Source: a virus (taxonomy: Duplodnaviria; Heunggongvirae; Uroviricota; Caudoviricetes). Taken from it: DNA of 64,000 nt. The stretch covers positions 21,483 through 85,482 of the IMG/VR virus record IMGVR_UViG_3300017989_000062. The stretch is one strand, 5' to 3'. Both the position numbers and the translations under genes were made by a program. How positions within the stretch are numbered: position 1 is the first letter of the stretch; every line of letters begins with the position of its first letter. Shown piece after piece: positions 28,775 through 37,960 of the stretch. Under the pieces are notes generated by a model that saw only the letters and a list, made by a program, of their open reading frames with translations, was not told the origin of the DNA and did no database searches.

Positions 28775-28965
28775 TGCCGTATTTTAAATGTAATGACTGC
28801 CACCACGAATGGGAGGGTAGTAATGATATGAGAAAGTGTGACTGGTGTGGTGGCCAGTCACACATTTTAGAGGAGGTGACTCCATTTGAGAAATTTGTTA
28901 GATACCTTAAAAAAAATTCCGGAGAATTTTTTGCAAAAATTGAACAAAGAAACAACCACAGTTGA
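28774..28965 (+). CDS. small zinc-ribbon protein
   Basis: CNDC...CDWC. Confidence 0.65.
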   Translation: MPYFKCNDCHHEWEGSNDMRKCDWCGGQSHILEEVTPFEKFVRYLKKNSGEFFAKIEQRNNHS

Positions 28966-28972
28966 TGTAGAA

Positions 28973-29320
28973 ATGAGCAAAGACAACCAAAAGGTAACTA
29001 TTAAAACAAGAAAAACTTTCTGGGGTGATTGGCGAGATTGGTTTTTTGAAGAGGAAGAGAAGCCAAAAGTACACCATACAATAGTTAAATTATATCTAGA
29101 CACATTATGTGTCGGTACTGCTCAAGTGCCGATTAATTTTCAAGAGATACATTTTGAAGCTGAGATCCCTATTGAAACATCCATGCTCTGTGAACAGGTT
29201 TCTATTGAAATTCCTGAAATGGGAATTAAACGATCTCAAGATCTTGACATTAGTAAAAGTGTACAACCTGGTGATACAATTCGTCTCACACATGATTTTA
29301 TATTGGATACGGAGAACTAA
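28973..29320 (+). CDS. hypothetical protein
   Basis: In frame with track ORF 28886; ATG 28973 avoids overlap with the upstream gene. Confidence 0.55.
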   Translation: MSKDNQKVTIKTRKTFWGDWRDWFFEEEEKPKVHHTIVKLYLDTLCVGTAQVPINFQEIHFEAEIPIETSMLCEQVSIEIPEMGIKRSQDLDISKSVQPGDTIRLTHDFILDTEN

Positions 29321-30459
29321 TGCATCCCTCATCAATACTAAGTTATTACCCAACATATTCTCTGTTAGATGAAATAGTTTCCTATGGCGATTATGATACG
29401 TTAAACATATATATTGATCTGAAGAACAATCTTCAAACTTTGTATATGGAGCATTCAATTTTAAATATAATTGAGAGCACAATACGATCTAATACAACGG
29501 ATAGTGCAATTTTTTCGTCAATTATATCATTTCTAGCATTTCATAAATTATATTCTATCAAACGACAACTCAAACTTAATATATTTATATTTTTTGAATC
29601 CGGAACTTCAATTTATCATACAAACATAAGAAAGAAATATAAGATCTCAAGACGCACTGACGACTTATATGGACTGGATAGAGAAAAACGAGAGTTGTTT
29701 TTTGACGTTTATCAAAAGAATTTACAGTTGGCCGAGAGAGCTTGTAATAAACTTCCAAATGTGAAGCTGATTAGATTACATCATCTCGAAGCTGACTTTA
29801 TTCCGTATTATTTGTTGAGTAGAAATTTAGTTGATAAGAGTGATAAAACAGCTCACGTAGTATATTCAAATGATCATGATCTGCTACAATGTTTAACAAC
29901 TGGAGATCATGTGTATCTTTTTCAAAAGGCTTTTAAATCCAAAAAGATTGTTCGAAAAGGACAAGGGATGAAAGGTTGTTTGAAACTAGAGACAAATTAT
30001 CCAGATGAATACATACCACTTGCTATGTCGATAATGGGAGATCCTGGAGATGATGTTGATGGAGTAAAAGGAGTCGGTCCAAAGAGAACGGCTGATATAC
30101 TCGGGGATGTTGTCAAGATGGTTGGCGGAATGGATCAGTTGCATACTAATATTTCAACCAATCAACCAATTTTTGGACCAACGGATAGTCCAATCTCGAA
30201 CAAATATCTAAATAGTGTTATTCAGGAAGAACGAACTAATTCATTGATTTCAGATAATATGAAATTAGTTTCGTTTGAATTGATATCAAGACAATTAGAT
30301 GTTCCAAGTGATATCGAGATGGTGAAAAGACGAAACCAAGTGAATAAAATAATCCAAGATTGTAGTATAGCAGGTTGCCAAGCAATCAAGGATGCTTTAA
30401 TTAAAATGAATGTTTCAATTATAGAGGAGGATCTTGATACAATATACTTCGGAACGTAA
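29320..30459 (+). CDS. 5'-3' exonuclease (T4 RNase H / FEN family)
   Basis: EADFI, SNDHDLLQ, GDPGDDVDGVKGVGPKRT (H3TH). Confidence 0.88.
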   Translation: MHPSSILSYYPTYSLLDEIVSYGDYDTLNIYIDLKNNLQTLYMEHSILNIIESTIRSNTTDSAIFSSIISFLAFHKLYSIKRQLKLNIFIFFESGTSIYHTNIRKKYKISRRTDDLYGLDREKRELFFDVYQKNLQLAERACNKLPNVKLIRLHHLEADFIPYYLLSRNLVDKSDKTAHVVYSNDHDLLQCLTTGDHVYLFQKAFKSKKIVRKGQGMKGCLKLETNYPDEYIPLAMSIMGDPGDDVDGVKGVGPKRTADILGDVVKMVGGMDQLHTNISTNQPIFGPTDSPISNKYLNSVIQEERTNSLISDNMKLVSFELISRQLDVPSDIEMVKRRNQVNKIIQDCSIAGCQAIKDALIKMNVSIIEEDLDTIYFGT

Positions 30460-30470
30460 GAGGGGTATAT

Positions 30471-31193
30471 ATGTTAAATCAAAGTCGGGTCCTAAATTAC
30501 ATTAAAGACCATTTGGGGTTTCCATTTCAACAACTGGAGCTGACTGATGAGAACCTTATTGAATTTGTTGAGACTTATACGTTGAGGGAGTTTTCATATT
30601 ATATTCCTGATGTTAAGAAGATGAACCTCAATCTGCTCCTTGACATTAACAAAGTTCCTGGTAGACAAAATGAATATTATTTAGAAGAACCAGAAGGTCT
30701 TGAAATTTTAAGTGTAATAGAAGTTTATCCGGGTTTAGAAGCATATTTGATACATGGGCATCCGCCTCTAGGTGCAATGAGTCATGGTGGTTTAAGTGAT
30801 TGGGCATTGAGTGTTGGCATGGCTATGGATGTAAAGATGCATTCTTCTTACGATATAACCTACGAATTTATGCACCCCAACATCCTCCGAATTTCCCCAG
30901 TCAATCCTCAGAATAGCACTAATGTTACTGTTGAATATGAAAGACAACAACCACCTGACTTCAGGGGTATTCCAAATGATTTACAGTTGTATTTTTGTAA
31001 GTATGCACTTGCTGATATTATGATTAAGCTGGGAAGGATACGTAAAAAATATGCTGATGGTCAAATGCATACTCCCTTTGGAGATATTCCAATATCTGCT
31101 GATATTCTAGAGGAAGGAAAAGAACTTAAAGATAAAATTGAGGATAGGTTAAAAGAAACTTATCTGCCGAATGTGACAATAGAATTTGGGTAA
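30471..31193 (+). CDS. neck protein (T4 gp13-like)
   Basis: C-terminal KYALADIMIKLGRIRKKY...ILEEGKEL pattern typical of gp13-like head-tail adaptors. Confidence 0.65.
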   Translation: MLNQSRVLNYIKDHLGFPFQQLELTDENLIEFVETYTLREFSYYIPDVKKMNLNLLLDINKVPGRQNEYYLEEPEGLEILSVIEVYPGLEAYLIHGHPPLGAMSHGGLSDWALSVGMAMDVKMHSSYDITYEFMHPNILRISPVNPQNSTNVTVEYERQQPPDFRGIPNDLQLYFCKYALADIMIKLGRIRKKYADGQMHTPFGDIPISADILEEGKELKDKIEDRLKETYLPNVTIEFG

Positions 31194-31208
31194 TTTATTA
31201 AATTTATT

Positions 31209-32042
31209 ATGAAAAATATATGTAAAATTTGTAATTTTGAAAGCAAATCACTTTCGGGTCTTTGTCGACATGTTATATTTACACACAAGATATCTACTAA
31301 AAAATATTATGACCAATATTTCAAGAAAGATAAAGAAAATATTTGTAATAATCCAGATTGTAAAAAACACACAAGATTTGTTGGATTAACAAACGGATAT
31401 AATAAATATTGTAGTCATGGGTGTGCATCTTCTAATCCGAAACGCAGAAAGCAGATTGGAAAATCAAATAAGAAAAATTGGAGCCAAAATCCTGCTCGAG
31501 TAAAGGAACTTATTAAACGCAATAAAAAAATGTGGAAAGATGATGACCTTAGAAATCAGATGTTAAGAAGTTTGAGAAAAACAGGTTCAACAAAATCGTT
31601 TAAAGAAAAACAAAAAATTAACGCTTTAAAATTTTCAAATGATCCTGCATGGAGACAGAAAGTTAGTATTGGCACTAAAAAAGGTCAAGCAAAAAATCCA
31701 CATTTCAAAGAAAAAAGAAGACAATATATGCTTAATGGTGGAGCAGCGTATTGTAATAGATTTATAAAAAACCCATCAAAACCACAAGTAGAATTGTTTC
31801 AAATAATTAAGAAACTATATCCAGATGCTATATTAAACTATCAGTGTATGAATTTTAGTATTGATATTGCTATACCAACCTTAAAAGTAGCTATTGAATA
31901 TGATGGAAGCTACTGGCATCAAAATAAGAATAAAGATTTAATTCGACAACAAATAATTGAGAAAAGAGGATGGAAATTTTTAAGATACGTTGATATCGTG
32001 CCTTCAATAACGAAAATAAGAAAGGATATTGAAATTATATGA
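31209..32042 (+). mobile_element. homing-endonuclease-like protein (Zn finger plus DUF559/Vsr-like nuclease)
   Basis: CKIC...H...H; C-terminal SIDIAIP..KVAIEYDGSYWH; paralog of 47505. Confidence 0.8.
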
Positions 32043-32539
32043 ATTATAAGAGAAACGGAACCAGAGAGTATTTTGTTGGAGTAGACCCATCATTAACTGG
32101 AAATGCAATAGTTATTATTGATGAACGGGGTGAATATATTGAAGGAAAATTAATAGCCTCCCATAAAGATTGTTATCTAAATGGAGAGCAAAGAGTGTGG
32201 GATGTGTTTAATCAAGTTAAATATATTGCGAATGTTGTACGACTTGATTCTGTATATATTGAAGGTTTGTCTTATATGTCGGTTAGTCCAACTTTGTTTG
32301 AAAGATGTGCTTTACTATATTCAATACTTATGTTTTTACTTGAAAGAGAAGTTAAATATAAAATAATACCACCCATGACACTCAAAAAATTTGTAACAGG
32401 CCACGGTCATGCAAAAAAAGATCAAATGATGACTGCTATTAAAGATCGTTGGGGTATGGAATTTACTGATGATAATTTAGCAGATGCATATGGTCTTGCT
32501 CGGATGGCATTAACTAATAGGGGGAAAAGTGTTTATTGA
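32039..32539 (+). CDS. RuvC-like Holliday junction resolvase
   Basis: VGVDPS, YIEG, DDNLADAYGLA. Confidence 0.85.
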   Translation: MNYKRNGTREYFVGVDPSLTGNAIVIIDERGEYIEGKLIASHKDCYLNGEQRVWDVFNQVKYIANVVRLDSVYIEGLSYMSVSPTLFERCALLYSILMFLLEREVKYKIIPPMTLKKFVTGHGHAKKDQMMTAIKDRWGMEFTDDNLADAYGLARMALTNRGKSVY

Positions 32540-32747
32540 TAATTATTTATCATATATTCAAACAGAGCTTTCTTATGTTGGAAATCTAGGTTTTGAGGAA
32601 ATGGTGCGATTTTATCAAAAAGCAACTCCAAAGCAAGCTAGACTGATGGACAAAATTGCAAAGACAGGAAATTGGAAAGCTGCAAAAATTTTGATTAAAA
32701 GGGTGTTGCATGTTTCTTTACATAAAGTAACAAAGGGTGTTATATGA
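32529..32747 (+). CDS. hypothetical protein
   Basis: Operon-coupled ORF. Confidence 0.55.
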   Translation: MFIDNYLSYIQTELSYVGNLGFEEMVRFYQKATPKQARLMDKIAKTGNWKAAKILIKRVLHVSLHKVTKGVI

Positions 32748-33160
32748 AACTTGATGGAATGAAAACTCAATTTGTTGTTCATGATCACCAAGCGTTAAGA
32801 GCAGGTAAACATCAAGATTTGAGATTTCGAGTTGCTAAAGATAAATGGGATTCGTTTGCTGTACCAAAAGGTGTTCCGTTAACCCCAGGCACGAAAGTGT
32901 TAGCAATAAAAACTCATTCACATTCTGATAAGGAAGCTCTTTTTGTTGGAGAAATCCCGAAGGGAGAATATGGTGGCGGAACGTTAAAAGTATTCGATGA
33001 GGGAGTTTGTATTATTGAAAAATATGCACCTGCTCATATAGCTATTACACTGCGGGGTAAGAAACTTAAAGGATTATATCATATGGTAAATACTGGAGTA
33101 GCAAGGGGTGGAAAATATAAACAACAACATTATATGTTGTTTAAAGGAAAATTATCATGA
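32744..33160 (+). CDS. LigD 3'-phosphoesterase domain, stand-alone
   Basis: FVVHDH..RAGKHQDLRF, SFAVPKG, IPKGEYGGG. Confidence 0.9.
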   Translation: MKLDGMKTQFVVHDHQALRAGKHQDLRFRVAKDKWDSFAVPKGVPLTPGTKVLAIKTHSHSDKEALFVGEIPKGEYGGGTLKVFDEGVCIIEKYAPAHIAITLRGKKLKGLYHMVNTGVARGGKYKQQHYMLFKGKLS

Positions 33161-33483
33161 ATCAAATAAATGAAATGAAACAATCCTTAATGGAACTGTT
33201 TATTGAATTACAATCTGTAGTACAATTACCATCTCCACAAAAAGAAATGCAAATGTTAAGATTAGCGATTGTGGCTGAATATGATGCTGCAAATTTATAT
33301 GAAAACATGGCACACTTTTGCACAAATGAGAATGTTAAAGAAGTGTTATTAGATATAGCTCAAGAAGAAAAGGTGCATATCGGAGAACTAGAGACTTTAC
33401 TTTCAGAAATCGATGATGAGCACGACGATTCTATGGAAGAAGGTGAGGAAGAAGTCGAAAAAGAAACGGGCGATATGGAGTAA
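33157..33483 (+). CDS. ferritin-like / rubrerythrin-type diiron protein
   Basis: AIVAEYDAANLYE...DIAQEEKVHIGEL (ExxH). Confidence 0.85.
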   Translation: MNQINEMKQSLMELFIELQSVVQLPSPQKEMQMLRLAIVAEYDAANLYENMAHFCTNENVKEVLLDIAQEEKVHIGELETLLSEIDDEHDDSMEEGEEEVEKETGDME

Positions 33484-33524
33484 AGTATGAATCTGAAATA
33501 ATTAGAAACTATTCTGAATGATAA

Positions 33525-33539
33525 GAACAAAATACAAAT
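33525..33539 (+). promoter_or_regulatory. class-2 candidate promoter GAACAAAATACAAAT
   Basis: Upstream of the ribonucleotide reductase gene. Confidence 0.45.
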
Positions 33540-33564
33540 TAGCGAGCTTGAGGAGAATTAATAC

Positions 33565-35292
33565 ATGAAAAGAACCAAAATGACGGACAATGCTATCAAA
33601 GTTGCAACAAGTAGATACTATATGGAAGGGGAAGATTGGGACTCGTGTTCTCTTAGAGTTGCAAGTGTTGTATCTTCACCAGAAGTTAATCGACAGGAAT
33701 ATATACAAGCCTTCCATGAAATGATCTATAACATGGATTTTCTACCAGGAGGTAGAATCTTAAGAAATTGTGGGAGACCAAGAGGGTCGTTGTTTAACTG
33801 TTATCATCTCCCGGTTGGTGATAGCATTGAAGAAATAGGTCAGTTGATAAAAGATTCCCTGATCTTATGGTCAGAGGGTGGTGGAGTTGGTGTAAATTTT
33901 AGTCCTTTGAGACCTGCTGGTGATAATATAATGGGTAAAGGTGGGGAGTCTTCAGGACTTGTTAGTTTTATCCAAGCAACAGACGCTGTAGCAGATACAA
34001 TAGAGAGTGGGGGAAGTCGACGCGCAGCAGGTCTTGCTCAAGTTGATGTAACACATCCAGAAGTAATGGATTTTATTGATGCAAAATTAGTAGATGGGAG
34101 GATTACACATTTTAATATATCTGTATCTGTAAATGGAAAATTTCTTGAAGCAGTAGAGGCAGATAAGGATTGGGAATTTAAATTCAAACAAAGAAGCTAT
34201 GGTAAGATTAAAGCACGAACTATTTGGAATAAAATTGTCTCAAATATGGTTCAATGTGCAGAACCTGGTTTGATTAACTGGGATAATTTTTCTAAGAATA
34301 ACTCCTACTATTTCGAACCTGTGTTGGGGACTAACCCATGCGGAGAAACAACACTTGGACCATACGGTGTTTGTGATTTAGGTTCATTGGTTTTACCAAA
34401 CTTTATTACAGGTACAGTCAACACAAACTGGCAAAAACTTGAAAAGACAATCAAGTTAGCAGTTCGTTTTTTGGACAATGTTATTGATGTCAATAAATAT
34501 ACGTTGAAAGAGATTGATATCAATGCTCATAAATCAAGAAGAATAGGAGTAGGTATTCTTGGATTAGCCGAATATTTATTTGCTAAAAAACTACGTTATG
34601 GAAGTTTGCGAGCAACTGCAGAAATTGAAAGATTGATGCAATTTATTAGGAATGCTTGTTATACTGCCTCTATAGAACTCGCCGCTGAAAAAGGTTCCTT
34701 TCCAGCATTTGACCCTATCCAACATAAGAAAGCCTCATTTGTTAGAAAACTCCCCGCGAGTATTAGAACAGACATCAAGAATTTTGGCATTAGAAATACT
34801 ACATTGATGGCACTTGCACCAAACGGTACGATCTCTCTTTTAACAGAATTTACTGGTAGTGGGGAACCGCTATTTGCTAAAGCATATATGCGCCATGATC
34901 GTGTTGGCGACAGAATGTATATTCATCCAATCTACGAAAAACTATTACGATCAGGAGAAGATATTCCTGAATGGTATGTGGACGCCTTTGATTTGTCACC
35001 TACAGACCATTTCGAGGTCCAGGTTGCACTCCAAAAATTCACTGACGGGTCCGTTTCAAAGACAATCAATTTACCTCAGGATACAACTGATGATGAATTG
35101 AGCGCCTTGTTGTTGGAATATATAACTGATTTAAAGGGCGTGACAGTTTATAGGGATGGATGCCGTGATGGACAACCTTTAAATAGAGTGAGTGAAAAAG
35201 AAGCAAGAGAATATCTGAAAAATGATGGAGGCTTTGAAATGATACGTACAGAAAAAGATGTTCAGTGTGCGAATGGTTCTTGTGATTTATGA
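33565..35292 (+). CDS. nrdJ: class II (B12-dependent) ribonucleotide reductase
   Basis: FLPGGRIL, LFNCY, TNPCGE, CDLGS, APNGTIS, KGVTVYRDG, C-terminal CANGSC; no beta subunit nearby. Confidence 0.88.
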   Translation: MKRTKMTDNAIKVATSRYYMEGEDWDSCSLRVASVVSSPEVNRQEYIQAFHEMIYNMDFLPGGRILRNCGRPRGSLFNCYHLPVGDSIEEIGQLIKDSLILWSEGGGVGVNFSPLRPAGDNIMGKGGESSGLVSFIQATDAVADTIESGGSRRAAGLAQVDVTHPEVMDFIDAKLVDGRITHFNISVSVNGKFLEAVEADKDWEFKFKQRSYGKIKARTIWNKIVSNMVQCAEPGLINWDNFSKNNSYYFEPVLGTNPCGETTLGPYGVCDLGSLVLPNFITGTVNTNWQKLEKTIKLAVRFLDNVIDVNKYTLKEIDINAHKSRRIGVGILGLAEYLFAKKLRYGSLRATAEIERLMQFIRNACYTASIELAAEKGSFPAFDPIQHKKASFVRKLPASIRTDIKNFGIRNTTLMALAPNGTISLLTEFTGSGEPLFAKAYMRHDRVGDRMYIHPIYEKLLRSGEDIPEWYVDAFDLSPTDHFEVQVALQKFTDGSVSKTINLPQDTTDDELSALLLEYITDLKGVTVYRDGCRDGQPLNRVSEKEAREYLKNDGGFEMIRTEKDVQCANGSCDL

Positions 35293-36239
35293 AATGTGAG
35301 TATGGTTGTGGGCAAGAAGCCAAATTTCCTCCAAGAAAAGGAATGAGTAAATGGTGTTGTTCTGAACATTATCAAACATGTCCTGCTGTTAAGACGGCGC
35401 CTTGGAATAAGGGCAAAACTGATGTTTATTCAAAAAAAACTTTGAAAAAAATGTCAGAAAGCCATGTTGGACAAACACCTTGGTGTAAAGATAAAAAATT
35501 AACTGAAGAACATAAACGAAAAATTGGAGAGAAAAGTAAGGGGAGAACACCTTGGAATAAGGGCAAAACTGATGTTTATTCAAAAAAAACTTTGAAAAAA
35601 ATGTCAGAAAGCCATGTTGGACAAACACCTTGGTGTAAAGATAAAAAATTAACTGAAGAACATAAAGAAAATTTATCACAATCGAGAAATGAATATTTTG
35701 CTTTAGAGTATTATAGAAAAAAATATCCAACTTTTATGAAAGTTGAAGAATTAGTAGAAGATGAAAATACTAAAAAGTTGAAGGTCAGATGTAAAAATCA
35801 TAAATGTAAAAATAGTAAAAAAATGGGTGGTTGGTTTTATCCAACAAGAGAACAGTTGAAGAGAAGAATTGACGCTATTGAACATGATGATGGCAACGAT
35901 GGTTGTTTTTTGTACTGCTCTGATGAATGTAAATATACATGTATGATGTATGGCCGAACTATTAATCAGTTGATGCAAGAGCAGAAAGAAATTAATTACA
36001 CAAATGAGGAATATCAAATTTATCGCAAACAAGTTCTGAAACGAGAAAACTATTTATGTGAGTATTGTGGTGAAAAAGCTACAACAATTCATCATTCAAG
36101 ACCTCAAAAATTAGAACCGTTTTTCACTCTTGATCCAGATTATGGTATTGCTTGTTGTCAAAATTGTCATTATAAGTATGGACACAAGAAAGATTCAAAA
36201 TGTTCAACAGGCAAACTGGCGGCGCAGAAATGTGAATAA
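35289..36239 (+). mobile_element. free-standing NUMOD3-HNH homing endonuclease
   Basis: NUMOD3-like repeats; CEYC..HHSRPQKLEPFF..CQNCH; paralog of 13412. Confidence 0.85.
35400..35666 (+). repeat. 117-bp exact direct repeat with a 150-bp period inside the HNH gene
   Basis: 35400-35516 is identical to 35550-35666. Confidence 0.9.
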
Positions 36240-36255
36240 ATTAGAATTTTAAAAG

Positions 36256-36273
36256 ATAACTCTAGACGCAGAG
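36256..36273 (+). repeat. left arm of inverted repeat flanking the beta-barrel gene
   Basis: ATAACTCTAGACGCAGAG; 14-bp core 36260-36273. Confidence 0.9.
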
Positions 36274-36303
36274 TACATCTTATAACAGGAGGAACGTTTA
36301 AGA

Positions 36304-36861
36304 ATGAAACTTATTAAAATATTTAGTATTTTTGCAGTTATTGCTGCACTTATGTTTGCAACACCGGTATTGGCCGCAGATGTGCCAGATTCAGGAAATC
36401 CCGGTAAAATTGGAGTTGGTTTTCATACATTGAACACAACCGAGGATAATTACAAAGGTGTAAGTATTCGAGGTTGGACTGACAGTTGGTTTGGAGCAGA
36501 AGGTAACTTCTATTATTCAAACGTTGAAGCAAGAAATGCAGAGGGTGTAACAACTGATGGTGAACTTGGTCTATGGGGTGTTAAGTTGATGGCTGCTCCA
36601 TTTAGAACAGAACAATCCAAATTCTATTTTTATGGGGAAGGTCTGTGGGGTAAATATGATGATGTTGCAATTCAAGATGATGCAGATGTAACAACATATG
36701 GAGCTGGTTTTGGAGTGGAGTGGTCTTTTGCTGGACTTCCAGAATTAGGGTTTGATGTTGAAACCGGTTATTACCTAACCGACACAGATGGGAGTGTTGA
36801 TATTAACAATGAAGATCAACAAATCATGGTTGGATTTGGAATGCATTATTACTTTGACTAA
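36304..36861 (+). CDS. outer-membrane beta-barrel protein (8-stranded, OmpA/OmpW-like)
   Basis: Signal peptide, amphipathic beta-strands, C-terminal GFGMHYYFD aromatic motif. Confidence 0.8.
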   Translation: MKLIKIFSIFAVIAALMFATPVLAADVPDSGNPGKIGVGFHTLNTTEDNYKGVSIRGWTDSWFGAEGNFYYSNVEARNAEGVTTDGELGLWGVKLMAAPFRTEQSKFYFYGEGLWGKYDDVAIQDDADVTTYGAGFGVEWSFAGLPELGFDVETGYYLTDTDGSVDINNEDQQIMVGFGMHYYFD

Positions 36862-36882
36862 ACAATAACCTTTAACAAAAAT

Positions 36883-36900
36883 CTCTGCGTCTAGAGGTAT
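36883..36900 (-). repeat. right arm of inverted repeat flanking the beta-barrel gene
   Basis: CTCTGCGTCTAGAGGTAT is the reverse complement of the left arm (17/18 match). Confidence 0.9.
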
Positions 36901-36926
36901 TTTTTGCAAATACGAAGGAGAGAATA

Positions 36927-37337
36927 ATGAATCAAGAAGCACCACCTAATTCAAAAATTGTGAAACTTCAAACATGGTTGAAAGAAGAGCTTTGTAGTTG
37001 GGTTGAGTACAAACGATTAATAGAAGATGTTGAAGGTGAAGGAAGTCCAGAACAAGAAAGGTGGATTTTTGCAATGTATACAGATAAACATGTTTATCGA
37101 TTCTTAGCAATTGATAAATATGGTCATGATGGATATCTTGGTTGTCAAGTGGCTTGTCGTAAACCAAGAGCCGGTGAAAGTTATACAAGAGGCAATGATC
37201 TACCAGATGGCAAATTTAATAGAGAAACATGGGAGAAAATTAAAAATGCTATCATTGGATGGGAAGTTGTTCCAACAGCATATTATCCCAATCCAGAAAT
37301 GATTTCAAGTGAATCAACACAATCGGAGGGAGCATAA
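36927..37337 (+). CDS. hypothetical protein
   Basis: AAGGAG RBS. Confidence 0.7.
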   Translation: MNQEAPPNSKIVKLQTWLKEELCSWVEYKRLIEDVEGEGSPEQERWIFAMYTDKHVYRFLAIDKYGHDGYLGCQVACRKPRAGESYTRGNDLPDGKFNRETWEKIKNAIIGWEVVPTAYYPNPEMISSESTQSEGA

Positions 37338-37546
37338 TGCCATTAATTTTACAAGAAGGAGAAGCTTGTCCTTATGGACAGACATGTCAGTATAATACAG
37401 GCGGAACATGTTTTGGAGCAAGACGAGACAGATTGACCATTTTTACATGTGAGTATGTTCAAGGAAATAAGATTGTTGAAGGCGGAACTCAAAGAAATCC
37501 GCACGATGTCACTGGTCGGATGCAAGTTCTTAATGAACAAATATAA
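37337..37546 (+). CDS. small Cys-containing protein
   Basis: CPYGQTC...C...C. Confidence 0.6.
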   Translation: MPLILQEGEACPYGQTCQYNTGGTCFGARRDRLTIFTCEYVQGNKIVEGGTQRNPHDVTGRMQVLNEQI

Positions 37547-37555
37547 GAGGTTAAT

Positions 37556-37951
37556 ATGAATGATGAAATAAGAGATCCAAACGCTGACGTTCTAAATGGA
37601 TTATTGGTTGAATTTAAAGAACAACGCGATGCAATTAAAGCGATGATTGTGGATCTTGATAAAATTAAAGCAACAATTGATAATCTTTTTCCTGAAAAAT
37701 TAGACAAACGATATATGAGATTTTTTGAAGAAAAAGTCAAATCAACCACTGGTTTGTTTAATGCACTACTAGACATGAGAAAAGAAATTTCAAAGAGTCT
37801 TAAAGATGAAGTTGAACTCAGAAGAAGAATGATTAAAGACGATCTTGGTGATAGTGCAGAATTTGAAGATTTATTTGATATTAGAAAGATCGTCAGAAAA
37901 GTTGAAAAATTTCAAAAACAAACAGAAGAGCTCAAGAAAGATGCGACTTAG
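37556..37951 (+). CDS. coiled-coil hypothetical protein
   Basis: Helical heptad pattern. Confidence 0.7.
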   Translation: MNDEIRDPNADVLNGLLVEFKEQRDAIKAMIVDLDKIKATIDNLFPEKLDKRYMRFFEEKVKSTTGLFNALLDMRKEISKSLKDEVELRRRMIKDDLGDSAEFEDLFDIRKIVRKVEKFQKQTEELKKDAT

Positions 37952-37960
37952 GAGGATTTA

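Noticed and set aside
33565-35292. Intron or intein in the RNR (or in the RNAP, helicase or recombinase)
   Set aside because: Frames are continuous and of normal length with no splicing motifs; the HNH gene is downstream and free-standing
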